Positions 52,419-60,827 of a DNA stretch of 64,000 bases are shown in pieces (the stretch's first letter is position 1; each line of letters begins with the position of its first letter). Source of the stretch: Alphaproteobacteria bacterium. GTDB taxonomy: Bacteria > Pseudomonadota > Alphaproteobacteria > CALKHQ01. Where the stretch lies: NCBI GenBank assembly GCA_965227515.1, contig CBDDFZ010000002.1:64001-128000 (forward strand), given 5' to 3'. A program made the translations under genes and the position numbers. The notes beneath the pieces are model-generated. The model ran no database searches, was not told the DNA's origin, and was given only the letters and a program-made list of their open reading frames with translations.

Positions 52419-54164
52419 TCAAACCTCCTTGGCCGTAACGACTGCGCCTTCGCTGGATATATGAGCCTTCAGACGTTCAGCCTGGCTCTTGGGTGTCGCG
52501 ATCGCCAGCAGCCTTTTGGCTCTTGAGGCGGCCACATATAGTTTTCGTGCATCCTCGGCCTTGTCGGCCGGCTCGCCTGTTTCCAAGAAATCCAAGATAC
52601 CCTTGAGAGTGGATGTCGTGACGACACAGACAGCCGGATACTCCTTACCTTTGACCGAATGAATCGTCCGGGGCATCGCTGTTTCGGCTGGTACAGCCGC
52701 AAGCGCCGCATTCAACCCGGCATTCCAAGCCAGCTTTTGAGAAATAGATTTTCCGTCTTCAATCGTTAGTTCGCTTGATAAGAAATCCTTGGCAGCGTCG
52801 TGCCACGCCTTTGCCCCTGCATATTTTATCGGATCAAACCTAAGGGACCTGAGAACAGAGATAACTTTCGGACGCCAGCTAGCAGGTTCTATTTCATTAT
52901 CTGTGAGATATTGATGGTACGACCGGTCGCCTAGGCGCCCCTCCAGTTCCAGGAGAATCCGGTGGACGCTCTCGATGGCCGTTTTCATGTCACTAAAGCC
53001 CGCAGCGAAATGAAAGTCGGTTACGGCTTCGGCAAGCCGGATAGTCCGTTGGCCTGAATTGGTGGGCCGCGGCTGACCCGCGGCGGCCGCACCGCTTGCC
53101 TTTGTTGCCGCGACGATGGGCGCAGATGAAACATCGACACCGGCCTCTCTTAGCAGGGCACAAAATGCCGTGCCAATTGAAGCCGGAACTCCTTTGCCCG
53201 GATAGGACAGAATCTGAACCGGCGCGGTTTCATCCTTCAATTGCCCGAGAGCATCGTCGGGTGCGCCGCGAGCAGCGGGTGGCCTGAACTGGGCGAGGGC
53301 CTTGCAGATATTAGGCGTAGATCGGAAGTTGCCGGTCAAATCCTTGCGCTGGTCGGAGGGAAACGTATCCGCGAACTCAAAAAGATGATCGGTGACGCCG
53401 CCGCGAAATTCATAAATCGATTGATGGGGATCGCAAACGACTTTCACGGGCAGGCCGGAATCACGCAACCATGAGATGACAGTCAGATCGTCGGGGTTGC
53501 AGTCCTGCGCTTCATCTACGATGACCTCGCGAAACCGACCCCTGAGCGCACCGGCGATCCGGCTCGCAAGCGTCTGGTCATTGAGGCGTTCAAGCGCGAC
53601 AGCACGCGCTTCGTCAAAGCCCAACTGGCCCCGTTCGCGTAAGCTGGCACGGAGCCGGGTAGCGGCTGTCGTATACGCTTGAAGCTGATAGTCCTGCTTT
53701 TGGGATACGTCAAAGCCCTTGCGCTTGGCCGCCAAATCAATAATCGCGCCTGTTTGTGGGCAAAAACAGGATAGGGGCAGAGCGTGAGCGCCATTGAACG
53801 GCTCGACTGCAAGATGCGCGATGTCGGCAAGCAGGCGCGGGCGTGCATCGCAATCCTTGAGGCTAAACGGCGCAACTAGGAACTGCCAGACGAAACTGTC
53901 GAAGGAGCCGACAAAGCTCGGAAAGAGGGGCGTGGAAAGCAGTCCTTCCTGCCTGAGCCGGGTATCGAGTTCAATAACGGCGGCTTGCGTAAAGGATATG
54001 AACGCCACGCCGCGTCCCGGCAACATACTCCGAAACACCCGGCGGGCGCGTTCGGTCATCACCCTCGTTTTTCCGGCGCCAGGACAGGCCGTTACAAAGG
54101 CCGAGCCGTCATGACCGATAACAGCGCGTTGCTCGTCGGTGGGATTGAAGGGTAGCTGGCTCAT
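52419..54164 (-). CDS. gajB: UvrD-like helicase (Gabija GajB type)
   Basis: ACPGAGKT, VDEAQD, DPHQSIYEFRG, NFRS, TIHSVKGKEY, YVAASRAK; 4-bp overlap with the upstream OLD nuclease. Confidence 0.82.
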   Translation of the reverse strand: MSQLPFNPTDEQRAVIGHDGSAFVTACPGAGKTRVMTERARRVFRSMLPGRGVAFISFTQAAVIELDTRLRQEGLLSTPLFPSFVGSFDSFVWQFLVAPFSLKDCDARPRLLADIAHLAVEPFNGAHALPLSCFCPQTGAIIDLAAKRKGFDVSQKQDYQLQAYTTAATRLRASLRERGQLGFDEARAVALERLNDQTLASRIAGALRGRFREVIVDEAQDCNPDDLTVISWLRDSGLPVKVVCDPHQSIYEFRGGVTDHLFEFADTFPSDQRKDLTGNFRSTPNICKALAQFRPPAARGAPDDALGQLKDETAPVQILSYPGKGVPASIGTAFCALLREAGVDVSSAPIVAATKASGAAAAGQPRPTNSGQRTIRLAEAVTDFHFAAGFSDMKTAIESVHRILLELEGRLGDRSYHQYLTDNEIEPASWRPKVISVLRSLRFDPIKYAGAKAWHDAAKDFLSSELTIEDGKSISQKLAWNAGLNAALAAVPAETAMPRTIHSVKGKEYPAVCVVTTSTLKGILDFLETGEPADKAEDARKLYVAASRAKRLLAIATPKSQAERLKAHISSEGAVVTAKEV

Positions 54165-55981
54165 TTGACCAGCGCTTTGATGGCGTCCTGGATATAGTCG
54201 GGAACGTTAAATGTATCGCTTGCGCCAACCTTCTCCGCCAGGAGCTGGGCAAAGTCACCCTTCGGCGTGTTCTTGAATAGCTCCTGTATGGCTTTGGCGC
54301 GGATATCGCCATCATTGGCGACCGCTGCGTCCCATTTCGCGGCGGATCGGGGATGAAGCGCCAGATACACGTCTTTCATACATGCGGCATTGCCAGCAGC
54401 GACCAGTTCGGTTTCCAGTGAGTACGTATTCACGCAAACATCGAGAACTTCTGCCGCGCCATTACCTGCTGCCAGCGCATCAAGATCGGCCTTCCGCTTG
54501 TCGCCAGACGCCGCCTCCCCTTCATCTGCTGTGTGCTTGTCGCCGTCCGTTACAATGACTAAACGGTCGGCGATCCGTACTCCGTCATAGGGGGCCAAGA
54601 GGGCCTTGGCGTATGGCACAAAATCAACACCGTCAATCGGCACGAAGACGGCTGAACGAAATATCCGAAAGTCCGCTGGATGGTCTTTGAGGACATAATG
54701 CTTGGCGAGAACGGGCAACAGCAACGCTTCGGCAATGCCTTCGACCAGCAGCACCCTGCCGCCAAACAGCAGGGCAGATTTGGTAACGTCGAGATAGCGG
54801 TCAATCTTCCTGCGGTCGGGCTCAGTAAGGTCAAGTTTGGCAAGAGGGATACACCGGGATTCGGGCCGCGGTGGCGGCTTCTCTGCTGCCTGTGTTTCAG
54901 CGGCCTCATCGGGTGCAGGCTTGTCCGCCGCTTCACCACCCATCACCACTGGCGCGATCGATCGGACGAAAACGAGGCTCTTGCTAGGGACCCATGCGGA
55001 CAGGTTAGGAGAATGCGTCGCGACGATGACCTGCAAATGCCCGGCGGGTGCGTCCTTGTCGTCCTTGGCTTTAAGGGAATGTTCGGCCCGCTCTTCCAGG
55101 AAGTTCAATACGGCGGCCTGGAGCTGCGGATGCAGATGGGCTTCCGGCTCTTCGACAAGGAACATCGTCAGTTCGGCATTATCGGTCCTTTCAAGCTCGA
55201 CGGCGATGGTGGCGATGTACAGAAGGTTCGCAAATCCGTGTCCGGAATATTGCAGGTCTTCTGGCGTAAAACTGTGATCGGCGAGTTTGAAGCGTAGGTC
55301 ACGCGCGATGTCGATAAGCTTTTCATCCGTGCTAAAACCGAGCGTCGCGCCCTGCCGCCGGACACCGGCAGTCAGAATGTCTAGTCCTGTCGCAACGGCG
55401 GTATCAACATCGGTCAGAATGGGATGCTCGCTTGTCCGGGCGAGGCTCTTCGCTACGTCCTCGGGATCACGCTTGCCGAGAAAGTGGTTGAGCAAAGCGT
55501 GAATGCGTGAGGGGTGGCCGGAGGCAAGTGCGTGCTTGGCGTCTCGCAGCGGCGGCAGATAGACATGGCGGATCATATCGTGGGCGCCCGCCTCGGGAAC
55601 GCTCCTAAAGCGGCCCGCCCAAAGAGTAGGCCGAATATGTCCTGGATGGCCTGTTGCATCGTAGGTCAGCCCAAAACATGCCTCCTGCAGCGTGTCGTCT
55701 GTCGTTGCGGAAATCAGCCTTCCTTGTTGCGGTGCGGATAGTTCACAAAATTTGGCGCAAATCTCGAAACTGTGTGGTATTGCGCCAAAGCGAATATCAG
55801 TTGGGTCGCAATATAATTCTCGGCGCCCGCTCAAAGGTCTAGATAAGAGTCGAATGGCATCTATGATATTACTCTTGCCGCCGTTATTTTCTCCAACCAA
55901 AATGGCAAGTCCTTTTTGAAATTCAATTGTATCGCTTGAAAACGACCGGAAGTTTGATAACTGCAGTTGTGCCAAATGCAT
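54161..55981 (-). CDS. gajA: OLD-family ABC-ATPase + TOPRIM endonuclease (Gabija GajA type)
   Basis: GENNGGKS (Walker A), VEEPEAHLHP (Walker B/D-loop), ATHS, LVEGIAE and TDGD (TOPRIM). Confidence 0.85.
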   Translation of the reverse strand: MHLAQLQLSNFRSFSSDTIEFQKGLAILVGENNGGKSNIIDAIRLLSRPLSGRRELYCDPTDIRFGAIPHSFEICAKFCELSAPQQGRLISATTDDTLQEACFGLTYDATGHPGHIRPTLWAGRFRSVPEAGAHDMIRHVYLPPLRDAKHALASGHPSRIHALLNHFLGKRDPEDVAKSLARTSEHPILTDVDTAVATGLDILTAGVRRQGATLGFSTDEKLIDIARDLRFKLADHSFTPEDLQYSGHGFANLLYIATIAVELERTDNAELTMFLVEEPEAHLHPQLQAAVLNFLEERAEHSLKAKDDKDAPAGHLQVIVATHSPNLSAWVPSKSLVFVRSIAPVVMGGEAADKPAPDEAAETQAAEKPPPRPESRCIPLAKLDLTEPDRRKIDRYLDVTKSALLFGGRVLLVEGIAEALLLPVLAKHYVLKDHPADFRIFRSAVFVPIDGVDFVPYAKALLAPYDGVRIADRLVIVTDGDKHTADEGEAASGDKRKADLDALAAGNGAAEVLDVCVNTYSLETELVAAGNAACMKDVYLALHPRSAAKWDAAVANDGDIRAKAIQELFKNTPKGDFAQLLAEKVGASDTFNVPDYIQDAIKALVK

Positions 55982-56109
55982 GAAAAATATCCTAGCGCAT
56001 TCCGTCGGCTGCTACCATGCGTGGTCATGGGGGGGCGCTATTCTTTGGTGGTACTTAGGCTATGGCACCGTCATTGGTTTGGGCCGAGGGATAGCATGGT
56101 GTGTTCGGC

Positions 56110-56619
56110 TTACTCGCGGAACTCGCGATCCGAATCCAACAAGGCATCAACAGCAATTCGCACAGCCGCAACTGCATCTGCCGGCGTGACAGTAGAGTAG
56201 TGCCGCATCCGATGTACCGCGGTGCTCGCATTCGTGACGATGTGTTGGAGATCCTGAGGAGCATTTTCATAGAATAAGTCGCTACTGTCGAGATAGATGG
56301 GCCCCACGCGCTCGAGATGCTTTCGGCACCAGGCGTCTACGCCGTGCGCAACCGCAAGGCTGAGGTCATCCGCGTCGCTCGTCGAAGCCATGCAATTGCT
56401 CCCAATTCTATTTGCAGCACGACGAAGATTGTCCCTGGCCTGATCTATATCCCACTGTAACCTGACACTATCGGTCAGGGGGGCACCGACACGGACTTTC
56501 CAGGTCAGCTCCAAATTGACTGCTTCCCCTCGACCGGTTGTGGTCTTCTCAGCCGGCAAGACCACTTGGAACGAGCGACTTCCTTCTTCCCAATAGGGTC
56601 GGGATTTTCGCTCAGACAT
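56110..56619 (-). CDS. Hypothetical protein
   Basis: ORF with a GAGGAGG RBS before the ATG at 56619; no motif recognised. Confidence 0.6.
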   Translation of the reverse strand: MSERKSRPYWEEGSRSFQVVLPAEKTTTGRGEAVNLELTWKVRVGAPLTDSVRLQWDIDQARDNLRRAANRIGSNCMASTSDADDLSLAVAHGVDAWCRKHLERVGPIYLDSSDLFYENAPQDLQHIVTNASTAVHRMRHYSTVTPADAVAAVRIAVDALLDSDREFRE

Positions 56620-56797
56620 GGCTGACCTCCTCGGATCGTTGCGGCTCATCGATGTCCTCGTTCGTTTGCGATCGACCTTCAGAGGAATTGTCGGTGACGC
56701 TCCTGCCAGCACCGTATGGCCTGACTCGACCGTGGACGCCACTCAATTCGGTGGCGTTTTCAAGCCCAAACCGATGGCGCTGCGATCGACCCGCTGT

Positions 56798-57748
56798 CTA
56801 TCCGGCGTCGTTGTGGTTATCTGATGAGGATGCCTCGTTTTCGGCGTTCTGACGAGACGCCTCGGCAGCTGCGGCTGCCTTTTCGAAGCCCTCTGCGAAT
56901 AGACCCATTCCGAGGGCTGCACCCTTGTGCCGCGCCAGCTGCGCCTCGATCGTTTCAGGGAGATCGCCGACCTCCCTTAGCATTGTTTTCAACCGCTTTC
57001 GAAGTTCAGACTTAGTCATTGTCTTGAGGTCCATCATGAAGCACACCGACGAGAACTCGTCACGACGGAAGCTGGGCGGTAGCGCCATCTCGCACCAGCT
57101 CGCTAAAAAAAGTGCACCGGATACATCCTTGCCTTCTATGGTCCATATCAAAGGCTCGCCGCATTTGTCTTCAAGTGCGGAGCAGACATAGAACCAGTCT
57201 CGCATCAGTGCGCCTTGCTTGAATGGGGTGGATTCGTCCTCGGTCAGCGGGCCAAGCAGATGGACTTCGACCTTGGCCTCATCGAGCAGAATGTCGTCGG
57301 GGTGGGGGTATAGGCGGGGTGGTTCACGTCGTTGCTGCTTATATTGGGCCAGGAGGCGCTGCCCCTCCAACTTTCTCCGAGCGAAGTACTCAAAGTTTTT
57401 TAGAGCACGCTTCTGTGCTTTGCGCTCTTCTTCTTTCAAAAGCTCCATCGCGTATCTTTTCGCTAGGCGATTGCCTTTGATGCCATCAAGGACAATACTT
57501 CGCGCGATAGCGTTCGCCGCACTCATTTCAACAGCTTGGCCGTTCTCATTCAGAGTCAGACGACGGAATGCCTCTTGCTCCAACAAACGTTCGAGGCTCC
57601 CATCGCGGAACCGCTTCGGTTCTGGGGCCTGCTTTGCCTTCTTAGGCCGCCCCTTTGGATTGCCGGACTGGCCCTTCCTGAATCTATGCTCTGCCGGCGG
57701 CTTGCCGTAGCCCACCGAGTAGGTCGCATCCTTGCGTTGCCTGCTCAT
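56798..57748 (-). CDS. DUF5681-domain protein (terminase-small-subunit-like N-terminus)
   Basis: YSVGYGKPPAEHRFRKGQSGNPKGRPK signature. Confidence 0.85.
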   Translation of the reverse strand: MSRQRKDATYSVGYGKPPAEHRFRKGQSGNPKGRPKKAKQAPEPKRFRDGSLERLLEQEAFRRLTLNENGQAVEMSAANAIARSIVLDGIKGNRLAKRYAMELLKEEERKAQKRALKNFEYFARRKLEGQRLLAQYKQQRREPPRLYPHPDDILLDEAKVEVHLLGPLTEDESTPFKQGALMRDWFYVCSALEDKCGEPLIWTIEGKDVSGALFLASWCEMALPPSFRRDEFSSVCFMMDLKTMTKSELRKRLKTMLREVGDLPETIEAQLARHKGAALGMGLFAEGFEKAAAAAEASRQNAENEASSSDNHNDAG

Positions 57749-59076
57749 TCGGCTGCCTCCACAGACAGTTGTTGTGTCCGCTCCGCCTCTGTGTCCTCGA
57801 ACGTCGAGCCAGTTGCCCCGAGTGTGGCAGCCTTGCCGGTGAAGCGCTCAAACCGACGCAATATGGTGTCGCAGTAGAGGGGATCGATTTCGATGACGCG
57901 GGCAGTCCGTCCAGTCTTTTCGGCCGCGATCAGCGTTGTGCCGGCGCCCGCAAATGCATCCAACACAATGCCGCCCCGCTCCGAGCAGTCACGTATTGCA
58001 TCGGCAACCAACGCAACTGGCTTGACCGTGGGGTGCATCGCCTGCTCTTCGGCACGCGTCGCAGAAAGACTGCTGATCCCTGCATAGTCCCAGACATTGG
58101 TGCGATATCGTCCCTGGTCGCCCAGACCGAACGTGTTGATATGCGGCGCAGAGCCGACCTTGAACACGAACACCAGCTCGTGCTTGGACCTGTAGAAGGT
58201 GCCCATGCCGCCATTGGTCTTGTTCCAAACGCACAGGTTCTTCAACTCGGTGAACACCTGTTGTCCCGCCGACAGCAGTTCGCCCATGTGACGCCAGTCC
58301 ATGCACACGAACGCAATGGCGCCGTCTCGGCAGGCGGTGGCCGCGGCACCCAGGGTTTCCGCCAGAAATGACGTGAAGGCCGTCTCAGACATTTCGCCGA
58401 CGCCCATGGCGAACTCGCGATGTCTCACGCGGCCCAGGCCGGAGACGTGCCCGTCGATGGGAACATTGTAGGGTGGATCGGTGAAGATCAGATCGACACG
58501 CTCACCTCCAAGGAGAGCCACATAGCTCTCGTGTTGCCTGGCGTCGGCGCAGATGAGCCGGTGACGTCCTAGATCCCAAAGGTCACCCGGCCGTGACACG
58601 GCCGCCTCGGGCGTCTCTGGTATCCAGTCCTCGCCAGCCTCTCGGCGATCCGGCGTTGCTTCGCTCGCGGCGTCAAGGACCAGGTCGATTTCGCCGACCG
58701 AGAAGCCGGTCACTGACAGGTCGAAGTCGAGGTCGATCAGCTCCTGCAGTTCAAGCGCCAAAGTCTCCTGATCCCATCCTGCATTGAGTGCCAACTTGTT
58801 GTCGGCCAGCACATAGGCCCGCCGCTCAGTGGCAGAGAGATGTGAGAGGCGAATGGTTGGGACCGTCTTCAGTCCTAACAGGCGAGCAGCTTCAACCCGA
58901 CCATGGCCGGCAACGATCTCACCGTCGTCGCTGACTAGGACCGGATTGGTGAAGCCGAATTTCTTGATGCTGTCGGCAATCTGGCGAATCTGTTTCTTCG
59001 AGTGTCGGCGCGCATTCCTCTTATAGGGCCGAAGCGTACCGACTGACTGGTCGACAATGCGATGTTCAAAGGCCAC
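57745..59076 (-). CDS. ParB-N-terminal domain + beta-class N4/N6 DNA methyltransferase
   Basis: ParB domain (NARRHS...FGFTNPVLV...AGHGRVEAA...ADNKL), DPPY, HPTVKP, DAFAGAGTT. Confidence 0.93.
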   Translation of the reverse strand: MAFEHRIVDQSVGTLRPYKRNARRHSKKQIRQIADSIKKFGFTNPVLVSDDGEIVAGHGRVEAARLLGLKTVPTIRLSHLSATERRAYVLADNKLALNAGWDQETLALELQELIDLDFDLSVTGFSVGEIDLVLDAASEATPDRREAGEDWIPETPEAAVSRPGDLWDLGRHRLICADARQHESYVALLGGERVDLIFTDPPYNVPIDGHVSGLGRVRHREFAMGVGEMSETAFTSFLAETLGAAATACRDGAIAFVCMDWRHMGELLSAGQQVFTELKNLCVWNKTNGGMGTFYRSKHELVFVFKVGSAPHINTFGLGDQGRYRTNVWDYAGISSLSATRAEEQAMHPTVKPVALVADAIRDCSERGGIVLDAFAGAGTTLIAAEKTGRTARVIEIDPLYCDTILRRFERFTGKAATLGATGSTFEDTEAERTQQLSVEAAE

Positions 59077-59765
59077 TGCGGACTCCTCTAACTAAAGTCA
59101 GCGCGTATCGTCGGCTGGGCGACTCGGAATCGACCCCGCGCCATTCCTCAATAATGATCCGGATGGTGGCGCGAATCAAACATGAACATGCTCGCGCGGC
59201 ACAGACTAAGGGCGTTATTCATCCCGCCGATAGCAGTGAAATAGGTCATCACACTGTTAGGAGGTATGGTTTTATCCCAGTATAGTGGTGTTTCATCCCA
59301 CAATTATCCCATGCTACTGTAGAAACTTCCCAAAATTGTCTGCATCTTCGCTGTGTTATCCCACCGACTATCAGCCAATCCCGTGGTTGGCGCGGGGTTC
59401 AAGCCGAGGAGAATCTGAGGTATCGGTCAGTGGATCGCACCCTTGTGGGCACGGGAATAGCGCCACATCAATGAGATATGCGTGTGACGCGAAGGGGATG
59501 AGCGGCTGTTGGGCCGGCAAATTCATAAAGCGATATGCCCCCGCGCCAACATCCGTAATAGCGCACGGTTCACTGTTCTTGGCCGAGACGACGCTTAGAT
59601 TTCCCTGTTTGTTTGCCTAGGGAAATTGTGGCTAAGTCACTGAAAACACGGGATGAATGGTCGTTGGAATCCCGAGATTCGGGCAGGAATCAATCGAGAT
59701 TTCTGTATATTCCCTGTTATCAGGGACTAACAGGGTAGAGACGAGTTCGCAGAAGACTGCAACCA

Positions 59766-59782
59766 CCACCACCCAGTCTCGC
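59766..59782 (+). repeat. attR core
   Basis: CCACCACCCAGTCTCGC, identical to 26083-26099. Confidence 0.9.
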
Positions 59783-59813
59783 CCTTGATAACCCGCGTTG
59801 CCGCACTTGCGAC

Positions 59814-59906
59814 AAGTGGCAGAACTACGGGCTTCTTGACGCCGTGTTTGGTCTGGGACGTGCGGAACGCGTCTCTGCTTGCGCGATCTATGGCGCGGTT
59901 TCCAGG
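59814..59906 (+). repeat. Diverged copy of the island's left arm (26131-26223)
   Basis: Ungapped alignment at the same offset as the att cores (33,683 bp); 74/93 identical by hand count. Confidence 0.88.
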
Positions 59907-60008
59907 ACGCGAGGGGGCCAGTCCGTGTTCGCCCTTGGCGGCAGCGGTACCGCCTTCGGGGCCGGCCCGGGCATGACGTGGGTGGTTGGCACCTAACTCG
60001 GGCGAACG

Positions 60009-60827
60009 TCAGGCCGACGCGCCGTCGCTAGCGTCTGCCCCTTGCCCGCGCGCCAGCGCCTGGTCGGCGCTGAGGGCGGCCTCCGGCGTGCCGGTGACGA
60101 TCATCTCCAGCACCTCGTGCTCGGTAGTGTTGGCGATGTAGCGGTCGCCGACATTCTCGCCACGCTTCAGCACCATCACCCGGTCGCCGACCTCGAAGAT
60201 ATCGGTCAGGCGGTGCGAGATGATGATCTGCGCCACCCCCTGCTTCTTAAGCTCGACCATGGTCTCCAGCAGGCGCTGGGTCGCCATCACCGACAAATTG
60301 GCGGTCGGCTCGTCCAGGATGATCACCTTCGGCTCGAACGAGATCGCGCGGCTGATCGCGACCGACTGCTGGCGGCCGCCGGACAGGCTTTCCACTTTCT
60401 GGTAGACCGAGTTGACGTCGACCTTGAGGCGCTGCAGCACCGCGCTCGCCTCGCGGTACATCTTCTTGCGGTCGACGAACGGGCCCTTGCGCGGCCAGCG
60501 CCCGAGGAAGATGTTCTGGCCGACGTCCAGGTTCCCGCACAGCGCGAAGTCCTGGTAGATCATCTCGATGCCGAGTTCGCGGCTCTCGTGCGGCCCATGG
60601 AAGTGGGTCTTGCGGCCGTCGACGATGACGTCGCCGCTGTCGCGGTGATAGGCGCCGGTCAGGATCTTCATCAGGGTCGACTTGCCGGCCGAGTTGTCAC
60701 CGACCAGCCCGAGCACTTCGCCCGGCATCAGGTGCAGGTCGACATTGACCAGCGCATTCACCGCGCCGAACGATTTGCTGATCTGCTTCATGTCGATGAT
60801 CGGTGTCGCGGATGGGGCGTCGTTCAT
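60009..60827 (-). CDS. Sugar ABC transporter ATP-binding protein (single NBD)
   Basis: GDNSAGKST, LSGGRQQ, ILDEPT, ISH. Confidence 0.93.
   Translation of the reverse strand: MNDAPSATPIIDMKQISKSFGAVNALVNVDLHLMPGEVLGLVGDNSAGKSTLMKILTGAYHRDSGDVIVDGRKTHFHGPHESRELGIEMIYQDFALCGNLDVGQNIFLGRWPRKGPFVDRKKMYREASAVLQRLKVDVNSVYQKVESLSGGRQQSVAISRAISFEPKVIILDEPTANLSVMATQRLLETMVELKKQGVAQIIISHRLTDIFEVGDRVMVLKRGENVGDRYIANTTEHEVLEMIVTGTPEAALSADQALARGQGADASDGASA

Larger units (their letters stand above)
26083..59782. mobile_element. tRNA-integrated serine-recombinase genomic island (33,683 bp between att cores)
   Basis: 17-bp direct repeat CCACCACCCAGTCTCGC at both ends, large serine recombinase next to the tRNA, mosaic lower-GC cargo, and ParB-MTase/DUF5681-like genes at the far end. 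Confidence 0.92.

Noticed and set aside
26290-59076. Intact prophage or ICE
   Set aside because: No capsid, portal, large terminase, tail, relaxase or T4SS genes are recognisable between the att sites.
59215-59385. ATCCC repeats read as a CRISPR array or as DnaA boxes
   Set aside because: The units are too short and irregularly spaced, no cas genes are present, and none matches TTATCCACA. Kept only as an iteron-like candidate.
59285-59620. 111-aa ORF in the island's right end, and the ORFs within 30537-31185
   Set aside because: No convincing RBS, atypical composition, and overlap with repeat/hairpin tracts; treated as non-coding.
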